Of a stretch of 64,000 nt of DNA, positions 24,401-36,400 are shown one piece after another; positions within the stretch are counted from its first letter, which is position 1, and each line of letters starts with the position of its first letter. The DNA comes from Felis catus (lineage: Eukaryota), in the NCBI RefSeq assembly GCF_018350175.1, contig NC_058368.1, positions 139,378,001-139,442,000 of the forward strand. Reading direction: 5' to 3'. The position numbers were made by a program, and so were the translations under genes. A model generated the notes under the pieces. The model made no database searches. It had not been told where the DNA came from and worked only from the letters and a program-made list of their open reading frames with translations.

Positions 24401-27400
24401 GCAAACACCCAACGCTGTGCTTCTGTGGATCCATCCCTCTGGCGGGTCTGACTTCCTCCCGGTGCCACAGGGCCCCTCCCAAAGCAGATCTCCAAAGGAA
24501 AAGCAAGCTGAGCCTGCCCCTCCCACCCCTGTGCACCTTGCCCATCTACCCCAGCTAATACGCCAGATCCCCAGCACCACAAACCTGGCAGTGTGCAAGT
24601 AGCCCAGACGGGCCACGCCATGCCACAGTGAATCCTGCCCCTAGGAGAGGTGAAGAGAAAGTACACACCAGTCTGACTGTGGCCCCACCGGTGGGCTGGG
24701 GGCAGACATCAGGTCTGACTGCGGCCCCGCCCACCAACACCAGTTATTCAAGACAGTACAGGGGAAGTGCCCTGCAGTTCCACCCCACTCCAGGGACTAT
24801 CCAAAATGACGAAATGGAAGAATTCCCCTCAAAAAAACGTCCAGGAAATAATGACAGCTAATGAACTGATCAAAAACGATTTAAACAGTATAACAGAAAG
24901 TGAATTGAGAGTAATAGCCATAAAATTAATCTCTGGGCTTGAAAACAGTATAAAGGAAAGCAGAGAATCTACTGCTACAGAGACCAAGGGACTAAGGAAC
25001 AGCCAGGAGGAGCTAAAAAATGCTATTAATGAGCTACAAACTAAAATGGAGACGACCACGGCTCAGATTGAAGAGGCAGAGGACAGAATAGGTGAACTAG
25101 AAGATAAAATTATGGAAAAAGAAGCAGCTGAGAAAAAGAGACATAAAAAAATCTAGGAGTATGAGGAGAAAATTAGAGAACTAAGTGATGCACTAAAGAG
25201 AAATAATCTACGCATAATTGGTATTCCAGGGGAGGAAGAGAGAGGGAAAGGTGCTGAAGGTACACTTTAAGAAATAATAGCTGAGAACTTCCCTGATCTG
25301 GGGAAGGAAAAAGGCATTGAAATCCAAGAGGCACAAAGAACTCCCTTCAGACGTAACTTGAATCGATCTTCTGCACGACGTATCATAGTGAAACTGGCAA
25401 AATACAAGGATAAAGAGAAAATTCTGAAAGCAGCTAGGGATAAACCTGCTCTAACATATAAAGGGAGACCTATAAGACTCGTGACCGATCTCTCTACTGA
25501 AACTTGGCAGGCCAGAAAGGAATGGCAGGAGATCTTCAATGTGAGGAACAGAAAAAATATGCAGCCAAGAATCCTTTATCCAGCAAGTCTGTCATTTAGA
25601 ATAGAAGGAGAGATAAAGGTCTTCCCAAACAAACAAAAACTGAAGGAATTCATCACCACTAAACCAGCCCTACAAGAGATCCTAAAGGGGATCCTGTGAG
25701 ACAAAGTACCAGAGACATCGCTACAAGCATGAAACCTATGGACATCACAATGACTCCAAACCCGTATCTTTCTATAATAACACTGAATGTAAATGGACTA
25801 AATGTGCCAGCCAAAAGACATAGGGTATAAGAATGGATAAAAAAAACAAGACCCATCTATTTGCTGTCTACAAGAGACTCATTTTAGACCTGAGGACACC
25901 TTTAGATTGAGGGTGAGGGGATGGAGAAGTATTTATCATGCCACTGGAAGTCAAAAGAAAGCTGGAGTGGCCATACTTATATCAGACAAACTAGACTTTA
26001 AATTAAAGGCTGTAACAAGAGATGAAGAAGGGCATTATATAATAATCACAGGGTCTATCCATCAGGAAGAGCTAACAATAATAAATGTCTATGCGCCAAA
26101 TACGGGAGCCCCCAAATATATAAAACAATTACTCACAAACATAAGCAACCTTATTGATAATAATGTGGTAATTGCAGGGGACTTTAACACTCCACTTACA
26201 GAAATGGACAGATCATCTAGACACACAGTCAATAAAGAAACAAGGGCCCTGAATGATACATTGGATCAGATGGACTTGACAGATACATTTAGAACTCTGC
26301 ATCCCAAAGCAACAGAATATACTTTCTTCTTGAGTGCACATGGAACATTCTCCAAGATAGATCACATACTGGGTCACAAAACAGCCCTTCATAAGTATAC
26401 AAGAATTGAAATCATACCATGCATACTTTCAGACCACAATGCTATGAAGCTTGAGATCAACCACAGGAAAAAGTCTGGAAAACCTCCAAAAGCATGGAGG
26501 TTAAAGAACACCCTACTAAAGAATGAGTGGGTCAACCAGGCAATTAGAGAAGAAATTTAAAAATATATGGAAACAAATGAAAACGAAAATACAACAATCC
26601 AAACGCTTTGGGATGCAGTAAAGGCAGTCCTGAGAGGAAAATACATTGCAATCCAGGCCTATCTCAAGAAACAAGAAAAATCCCAAATACAAAATCTAAC
26701 AGCACACCTAAAGGAAATAGAAGCAGAACAGCAAAGACAGCCTAAACCTAGCAGAAGAAGAGAAATAATAAAGATCAGAGCAGAAATAAACAATATAGAA
26801 TCTAAAAAAACTGTAGAGCAGATCAACGAAACCAAGAGTTGGTTTTATGAAAAATAAACAAAATTGATAAACCTCTAGCCAGGCTTCTCAAAAAGAAAAG
26901 GGAGATGACCCAAATAGATAAAATCATGAATGAAAATGGAAGTATTACAACCAGTTCCTCAGAGATACAAGCAAATATCAGGGAATACTATGAAAAATTA
27001 TATGCCAACAAACTGGACAACCTGGAAGAAATGGACAAATTCTTAAACACCCACACGCTTCCAAAACTCAATCAGGAGGAAACAGAAAGTTTGAACAGAC
27101 CCATAACCAGCAAAGAAATTGAATCGGTTATCAAAAATCTCCCAACAAATAAGAGTCCAGGACCAGATGGCTTCCCAGGGGAGTTCTACCAGACGTTTAA
27201 AGCAGAGATAATACCTATCCTTCTCAAGCTACTCCAAAAAATAGAAAGGGAAGGAAAACTTCCAGACTCATTCTATGAAGCCAGTATTACTTTGATTCCC
27301 AAACCAGAGACCCATTAAAAAAAGAGAACTACAAGCCAATATCCCTGATGAATATGGATGCAAAAATTCTCAGTAAGATACTAGCAAATCGAATTCAACA

Positions 27401-30400
27401 GCATATGAAAAGAATTATTCACCATGATCAAGTGGCATTCACTCCTGGGATGCAGGAATGGTTCAACATTTGCAAATCAATCAATGTGATACATAACATT
27501 AATAAAAGAAAAGAACCATATGATCCTGTCAATCAATGCAGAAAAGGCCTTTGACAAAATCCAGCATCCTTTCTTAGTAAAAACCCTCGAGAAAGTCGGG
27601 ATAGAAGGAACATACTTAAACATCATGAAAGCCATTTATGAAAAGCCCACAGCTAACATCATCCTCAATGGGGAAAAACTGAGCGTTTTTTCCCTGAGAT
27701 CAGGAACACGACAGGGATGTCCACGCTCACCGCTGTTGTTTAACATAGTGTTGGAAGTTATAGCATCAGCAATCAGACAACAAAAGGAAATCAAAGGCAT
27801 CGAAATTGGCAAAGATGAAGTCAAGCTTTCACTTTTTGCAGATGACATGATATTATACATGGAAAACCTGACAGACTCCACCATAAGTCTGCTAGAACTG
27901 ATACATGAATTCAGCAAAGTTGCAGGATACAAAATCAATGTACAGAAATCAGTTACATTTTTATACACTAATAATGAAGCAAGACAAAGACAAATAAACT
28001 GATCCCATTCACAACTGCACCAAGAAGCATAAAATACCTAGGGATAAATCTAACCAAAGATGTAAAAGATCTGTATGCTGAAAACTATAGAAAGCTTATG
28101 AAGGAAATTGAAGAAGATATAAAGAAATGGAAAAACATTCCGTGCTCATGAATTGGAAGAATAAATATTGTCAAAATGTCAACACTACCCAAAGCTATTT
28201 ACACATTCAATGCAATCCCAATCAAAATTGCACCAGCATTCTTCTCGAAACTAGAACAAGCAATCCTAAAATTCATATGGAACCACAAAAGGCCCCGAAT
28301 AGCCAAAGTAATTCTGAAGAAGAAGACCAAAGCAGGAGGCATCACAATCCCAGACTTTAGCCTCTACTACAAAGCTGTCATCATCAAGACAGCATGGTAT
28401 TGGCACAAAAACAGACACACAGACCAATGGAATAGAATTGAAACCCCAGAACTAGACCCACAAACGTATGGCTAACTAATCTTTGACAAAGCAGGAAAGA
28501 ATATCCAATGGAAAAAAGTCTGTTTAACAAATGGTGCTGGGAGAACTGGACAGCAACATGCAGAAGATTGAAACTAGACCACTTTCTTACACCATTCACA
28601 AAAATAAACTCAAAATGGATAAAGGACCTGAATGTGAGACAGGAAACCATCAAAACCCTAGAGGAGAAAGCAGAAAAAGACCTCTCTGACCTCAGCCGTA
28701 GCAATTTCTTACTTGACACATCCCCAAAGGCAAGGGAATTAAAAGCAAAAATGAACTACTGGGACCTTATGAAGATAAAAAGCTTCTGCGCAGCAAAGGA
28801 AACAACCACCAAGACTAAAAGGCAACCACCGGAATGGGAAAAGATATTTGCAAATGACATATCGGACAAAGGGCTAGTATCCAAAATCTATAAAGAGCTC
28901 ACCAAACTCCACACCCGAAAAACAAATAACCCGGTGAAGAAATGGGTAGAAAACATGAATAGACACTTCTCTAAAGAAGACATCCAGATGGCCAACAGGC
29001 ACATGAAAAGATGCTCAACATCGCTCCTCATCAGGGAAATACAAATCAAAACCACATTCAGATATCACCTCACGCCAGTCAGAGTGGCCAAAATGAACAA
29101 ATCAGGAGACTACAGACGCTGGCGAGGATGTGGAGAAACGGGAACCCTCTTGCACTGGTGGTGAGAATGCAAATTGGTGCAGCCACTTTGGAAAACAGTG
29201 TGGAGGTTCCTCAAAAAATTAAAAACAGACCTACCCTATGACCCAGCAATAGCACTGCTAGGAATTTACCCAGGGGATACAGGAGTACTGATGCATAGGG
29301 GCACTTGTACCCCAATGTTTATAGCAGCACTCTCAACAATAGCCAAATTATGGAAAGAGCCTAAATGTCCATCAACTGATGAATGGATAAAGAAATTGTG
29401 CTTTATATACACAATGGAGTACTACATGGCAATGAGAAAGAATGAAATATGGCCCTTTGTAGCAACGTGGATGGAACTGGAGAGTGTGATGCTAAGTGAA
29501 ATAAGCCATACAGAGAAAGACAGATACCATATGTTTTCACTCTTATGTAGATCCTGAGACACTTAACAGAAACCCATCGGGGACGGGAAGAAAAAAAAAA
29601 AAAAAGAGGTTAGAGTGGGAGAGAGCCAAAGCATAAAAGACTCTTAAAAACTGAGACCAAACTGAGGGTTGATGTGGAGTGGGAGGGAGGGGAGGGTGGG
29701 TGATGGGCATTGAGGAGGGCACCTTTTGGGATGAGCACTGGGTGTTGTATGGAAACCAATTTGACAATAAATTTCATATATTGAAAAAAAAACAGCTTAA
29801 AAAATCTGTTGTTTATTAAAAACAAACAAACAAACATTCCCCAGATAAACAAAAATGGAGACAATTTGTTGCTAGAGTACCTGAGAAGAAATACCAAAGG
29901 AAGTTTTTCATGTTGAAAGCAAGTGACCTCAAATGGTAATACAAATCCACTTGAGAAAACAAAAAGCATCAATAAAGGTAATTATACATTATAGAACACA
30001 GAATGAACAAATATTTATTTCCCTTCCTTAACTGATTTTAAAAATCATTGTATAAAACAATAGGTACATAATGTATATATTTAGAAATAGCACAAAGGAA
30101 GTGTGTGGGAGCAAAGTTTTCTTGGGCTAGGGGAATGATACCAGATGGTAACTCAAATCCACAGGAACAAATGGAGAGAACCAAAAAGGGCAAATAAGAA
30201 GGTTAATAAAACAAAACCTATAAATACATACTTGCTTTCTTTTCTATTTCTTTACAAATCACAAAGTTTTATGAAGTCATAATTACAACAATGAATTGTT
30301 GCATTTGAGATATAAAAGGGGGAGAGAGGGATAGAGCTATACAGGAGTTACAGTTCTTTATCTTACTAGAATTAATTAGTATAAATATGAAGCTGATTCT

Positions 30401-33400
30401 GATAAGTGAAGATATCATAGCATAAGCATTATGGAAATACTTCAAAAAATATGTCACTAAAGTCACTAAAGAAAAGTCACTAAAGAAACTAAAGTCACTA
30501 AAGAAACTAAAATGCTACACTGGAAAATATTCACTTAATGCAAAAGAAAGCAATAAAGGAAACACAGAGGAACAAAAAAGACATGAGACACATTAAAAAC
30601 AAAAAGTAAAATAGCAGACGTAAGTCCAACAATATTAATAATGTTAATTAAATGAGAGTGGATGAAAAAACTTATTCAAAAAGTAGAGGCTGTCAGACTT
30701 AGTTAAAAGAAAAACAAGATGTATGCTATATGCTGCATATAAAAGACAGATTAAATTGAAAGAGACAAGAAAATTGAACTTGAAAGGACGGAGAAAGCTA
30801 TATCATGCAGACAGCAACCTCAAAAAACTGCAGCAGTTATACTAATATCACACAAAATACACTTTACAACAAAAAGTATTACTAGAGATAACAAGAGACA
30901 TTTTATAATAAGAAGAGGGTTAATGCATCAGGAAAATATAACAATTATAAACACACATGCACCTAATAAAAGAGCACCAACATACATGAAGCAAAAATTA
31001 ACATAAATAAAGGGCGAAACAGACAATTCAACAATATTATAGTTGTCAACACTCCACTTTCAATAATACATAGAACAAACAGGCAGAAGATCAATGAGGA
31101 AAGAGAAAACTTGAGCAATATTATAAACTAACTACCCCAACAGGCATCTATAAAAAACCTTCTAACAACAGTAGAATAATTATTCTTCTCAAGTGCACAT
31201 AGGATGGGCCACATGCTAGTTAAGCCACAAAGTAAATCTCAGAAACTTAAAAAAAATTTTTTTTTCATGTTTTTATTTATTTTTTTGAGACAGAGAGAGA
31301 CAGAGCACGAGCGGGGGGGGGGGGGGGGGCAGGGGGGACGGGGTGAAGAGAGGGAGACACAGAATTCGAAGCAGGCTCCAGGCTCCAAGCTGTCAGCCCA
31401 GAGCCTGACGCAGGGCTCGAATCCACAGACTGTGAGATCATGACCTGAGCTGAGGTCAGACGCTTAACTGACTGAGCCACCCAGGCGCCCCTAATCTCAG
31501 AAATTTTAAAAGGACTCAAATAATACTAGGTATACTCTCTAAATGCAACAGAGTGAAATTAGAAATTAATAAAAGAAAAAAATGGAACACTCACAGTTAT
31601 GAGGAAATCAAACAACACACTCCTAAATAAGTAAAGTATTAAAGACATAATCAAAAGGCAAATACTTTGAGATGAATAAACAAACAACATACCAAAAATG
31701 ATGGGATGCAGCAAAAGCAGTAGGCTAAAAGTAAATTTATAGCTGTAAATGCCTATATTGAAAAGAGAGAAAAATCTCAAATCAATAACCTGCACTTATA
31801 ATGATGACACTGAAAAAAGAACAGCAAACTAAACACAAAGCAAGCAGAAAAAAGGAAATAATAAATAGTAGAATGGAAATAAATAAAATAGGCAATAGAA
31901 GAACGATAAAAATCAATGAAATCAAAGTGGTTCTTTGAAAATATTAACAAAATTGACAAAACTTTAGTGACAGCGACCAAGAAAACAAGTGAGAAGACTC
32001 AAATTACTAAGATCAACAATGAAAATTAGTACACTACTACCGACCACACTGAAATAAAAGGGATTATAAGAGAAACTATCAATAATTCTATGCTAATAAA
32101 TAACAAAAAATAGACAAATTTCTAACAAAATAAAACTACCAAAAATGATTCAAGAAGAAATAGACAATTTGAAAAAACCTGTAAGAGACTGAATTAACAC
32201 TCCAAACACTACGTACATAGAAAGAAAAGAAAATCCAGGTACAGATGGCTTCATTGCTGATTACTATCAAGCATTTAAAGAGAATTTAATACTAATATTT
32301 TGGATTACCAATATTCTAAAAATAGAAAAAGAGAAACATTTTTGTGAGATCAGTATAACCTTAATACCAAACCAGACAAAAGACAACACAAGAAAACTAA
32401 AGACCAATATCTTTAATAAATATGGATGCAAAAATCCTCAAAAACATATTAGAAAACCAAATCCAGCAACATATAAAAAGAATTATATACCATAACAAAG
32501 TGGGATTTATCTGCTTTTCCAGGAATGCAAGGTTGGTTTAATATCCAAAGATCAATTAATGTTCTACACCATTATCAAGAGAATACAAAACAAAAACCAT
32601 ATGATCATCACAACCGATGTGGAAAGAGCATTTAACAAAATCCAATACCTGTTCATGATAAAGACACTCAAGAAACTAGGAAAAGAACTTGCTGAGCCTA
32701 ATATAGGGCATCTAAGAAAAAACCTATAGCTAACATTGTACTTAACAGTGGAAGCCTAAATTTTTTCTAAGAAACATAGTCTCATCTTAGGGAAAAAACA
32801 GAAGTGTGATCTCACTGTTTTATTTCAATACTGCACTGGTGTTAGCCAGTGCAGCTACACAAAAAGAAATGAAAAGCATTCACAATGGAAAGAAAGAAGT
32901 AAAACTGTCTTTATTCATAGCCAACTTGATCATCTATGTAGAAAATCCAATGACTTCTACAAAAATTTACAGGAAGTAGTGAGTTTAGCAAGATTATAAA
33001 ATAACATCTCAATATACAAAAATCAATTGAATTTCTACCTATGAGCAATAAACAACCAAAAATTGACATTTAAAAAATATCATATACATTACTATCAAAA
33101 ACATGAAATACTTAGGGATAAATCTGGTAAAAGATATGAAAGACCTGTATACTGACTCCTACAACTGCTGGGAAAAATCGGAAAACGTCTAAATTAACAG
33201 AGAGCTATATCATGTTCATGATTTGGACAACTCAATATTGCTGAGATGTCATCTGTCCCAAAATTCATCTACAGATTTAGCTCAATACCAATATAAATGA
33301 CAGCATCCCCTTTTTTTAAAAAAAAGAAGCTGACAAACTCACTCTAAAATTCATATGGGATTGCAAAAGACCTAGAATAGCCAAAACACTTTACAAAAAG

Positions 33401-36400
33401 GAAGAACAAAACTGGAGGACTAACACTACCTGGTTTTAACCCTTATTACAGAGCTGCACTAATCAAGACAGTATTCACAGTAAGATAGACAAATAGGTAA
33501 ACAGAACAGGGAGTCCAGAAATAGGCACATATATGGACAAATGATTTTCTACAAAGGTGCAAAGACAATTCAATAGAGGGCAATTTTTTCAACACATGTA
33601 GCTGGAAGAATTGAATACCCATATTCAAAACTATGAATTGGGATCTTGCTCTGTACTACATAAAGAAACTAATGGATCACAGACCTAAATTCTGGGAGAA
33701 AATCTTTGTGACCTTGGGTTAGACAAAGACTTCTTAGATATGATACTAAAAACATACTTAGTCAAAGAGCAAATTGCTAAGTTGGACTACATCAAAATTT
33801 TAAACTTCTGTTCTTTATAACACAATTTTGAGAGAATGAAAAGGCAAAACTATATTAGGAGAAAATATTTTTGCAAAGTATGTATTGGATAAAGGACTTA
33901 TATCCAAAATGTATCAAATAAGAGAATGAGCAGCCAATAAAAAAACAGGCAAATATTTGAAAAGGAACTTCACCGAAGAATAAGTATGGATGGCAAAGAG
34001 CACACGAAAAGATGCTCAACATAACTAATCATTATGAAATGCAAAATAAAACCACAATAATAAATTACTATACTAAGTGAAATAAGCCATACAGAGAAAG
34101 ACAGATACCATATGGTTTCACTCTTATGTGGATCCTGAGAAACTTAACAGGAACCCATGGGGGAGGGGAAGGAAAAAAAAAAAAAAAAAAGAGGTTAGAG
34201 TGGGAGAGAGCCAAAGCATAAGAGACTGTTAAAAACTGAGAACAAACTGAGGGTTGATGGGGGGGTGGGAGGGAGGAGAGGGTGGGTGATGGGTATTGAG
34301 GAGGGCACCTTTTGGGATGAGCACTGGGTGTTGTATGGAAACCAATTTGTCAATAAATTTCATATATAAAAAAAAATAAAAAAAATAAAAATAAAAAAAT
34401 AAAAATAAATTACTATACATATATACATATTATATACATACATCTACATTATATGTTAGTATGGCTAAAATTAACAGACGGATCATACTAAATGCTAGCT
34501 AAGTAAGAATATGGAGGAACCACAATACTCATCACAGCTGGTGGGAATGTAAAATGTTACTAACAACTTTGGCAGTTTTTTTAAAAGTTAAATATATACT
34601 TACCATATTTCATCCAGTCACTCCACTCCTAGGTATTTACCCAAGAAAAGCAAAAGCCTGTGTCATACTGAAATTTGTACACCAATATCCATAGTAGCTT
34701 ATATGCGATAGTCAACAACTGGAAACAACCTAAATGTCTATCACAGATGAAATGACAAATTGTAGTACATACATACACACTCTAATGAGGATGACTCTCA
34801 AGTAATTATGTTCAGAGAAAGAGGCCAGACAAAAATGAACACATATGGTGTAATTCCACTTTTACAGAATTCTTAGAAGCGCAAACAAAAGTATAAGGAC
34901 AGAATGCAGACCAGTAATTATCTGGAGTTCAGCATGGGAAGGAAGAAGTATGAAGGAGGTATACAAAATTGCAAAAAGAAATTTTTGGGGGTGATGGATA
35001 TGTTCATTACCTGTTTGTGGTTATGGTTTCACAGATATATACATATATCAAAATCTGTCAAAATGCTTAATTTAAATACATATAGTATGTATTTACTATG
35101 TAAATACATATGTAAAAACATATGTAATTTAAATACATATGTTAATTATATCTCAATAAAGCTGTTAATAGCTGAAATATGAAAAGTTATATTAAAATTT
35201 TATTATAGCTGCTCCAGAGAAGTAGCCACACCTGCAAAAATTTGAGTTAATGTAATTAATTTACTAACTAAAATCTGAGTTTCTCTGGCTAATCTGATGT
35301 AGGTACTACTTAGCAGTAACTGGTTGGCAGGCAAGCAAACAGGAACATCAAGAGACCTGAGATCAAGCCACTAATTTGGTCTTTTTTTTTTTTTTTCAAC
35401 GTTTATTTATTTTTGGGACAGAGAGAGACAGAGCATGAATGGGGGAGGGGCAGAGAGAGAGGGAGACACAGAATCGGAAACAGGCTCCAGGCTCCGAGCC
35501 ATCAGCCCAGAGCCTGACGCGGGGCTCGAACTCACGGACCGCGAGATCGTGACCTGGCTGAAGTCGGACGCTTAACCGACTGCGCCACCCAGGCGCCCCA
35601 TGGTCTTTAAACTACAATGTGAAATTTTGAAATTAATTTTTTTGCTCCTAACTTATAAGTAAAGTTTTTTTAACTAGGAAAAGCCTTATTAACCAGCAAT
35701 GGAAGGACTAGAAACAGTGGTCATTCAGATTAAATTCCAGTTAGCCTGGACCAATTTCTATTGAACTGGTGGTCTGTTAGCAAAGAAACATTCCAGGATT
35801 CTTAAAATCACTGCCATTCTGAATTCCTCTTTCAAAAAGTCAATGTAGGGAAAGGGGACAGGATGCCTGTTTTGTAGGCATTTTCTAGTAGAACAATTTT
35901 TTCCTCTTCTATTTATTAAAAAATTTTTAAATGTTTATTTTTGAAAGTGAGAGACACAGAGTGTGAGTAGGGGAGGGGCAGACAGAGAGGGAGACACAAT
36001 CTGAAGCAGGCTCCAGGTTCTGAGCGGTCAGCACAGAGCCCAACGCAGGGCTCGAACTCACTAGCTGTGAGATCATGACCTGACCTAAAGTCGGACGCCT
36101 AACCGACTGAGCCACCCATGTACGCTTTCTTCTTCGATTTTTATGCATATGTGATATTGTTTTCATTGAGTCAGATTTATCCAAATTCCAAGTCACTTCT
36201 TATTTCTAAATTGAACTTCTATAGAAGATGAATTTATATCTATCCTTTATCTGGGTAAGCTTCAGCAGTGCACAGTAATTCCCAAAACTGTGGAACCAAA
36301 GATAGCTCCCATTTATTATTTTTATGTTGTTCTTAAATTCTTCCAGGGCCAATATAATTGACTAACTCTGGCCTGAGAGCCCAAAGGTGCTAGTGACTAA

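Larger units (their letters stand above)
23891..29831 (+). mobile_element. Full-length felid LINE-1 (L1_Fc-like), about 5.9 kb, inactivated, antisense to ANKRD31
   Basis: GC/CpG-rich 5' UTR starting GAGGAAGATGGC, ORF1, ORF2 (EN, RT, C-terminal), G-rich 3' UTR, AATAAA and A tail; short TSD AAACATTCC at 23882-23890 and 29832-29840. Confidence 0.95.
29841..35168 (+). mobile_element. Ancient L1 ORF2 relic and 3' UTR (L1MC/L1MD-like), with younger SINE and L1 insertions
   Basis: Degenerate ORF2 motifs (ATGGATGCAAAAATCCTC, CCAGGAATGCAAGGTTGGTTTAATAT); 3' end TTATATCTCAATAAAGCTGTT. Confidence 0.75.

Noticed and set aside
23956..24740. Cluster of antisense ORFs (81-149 aa) in the L1 5' UTR as an ORF0 analogue
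   Set aside because: GC-rich sequence gives overlapping ORFs in most frames by chance, and there is no recognisable motif. ORF0 is described in primates, and conservation cannot be shown from one copy.
24767..29557. Long plus-strand ORFs with endonuclease and reverse transcriptase motifs as an active or novel RT system
   Set aside because: Ordinary LINE-1 ORF1/ORF2 with several stops and frameshifts; not retrotransposition-competent.
30454..30511. Short repeated units (CACTAAAG...) resembling an array
   Set aside because: Slippage duplication inside an old L1; no unique spacers, and the eukaryotic context rules out CRISPR.
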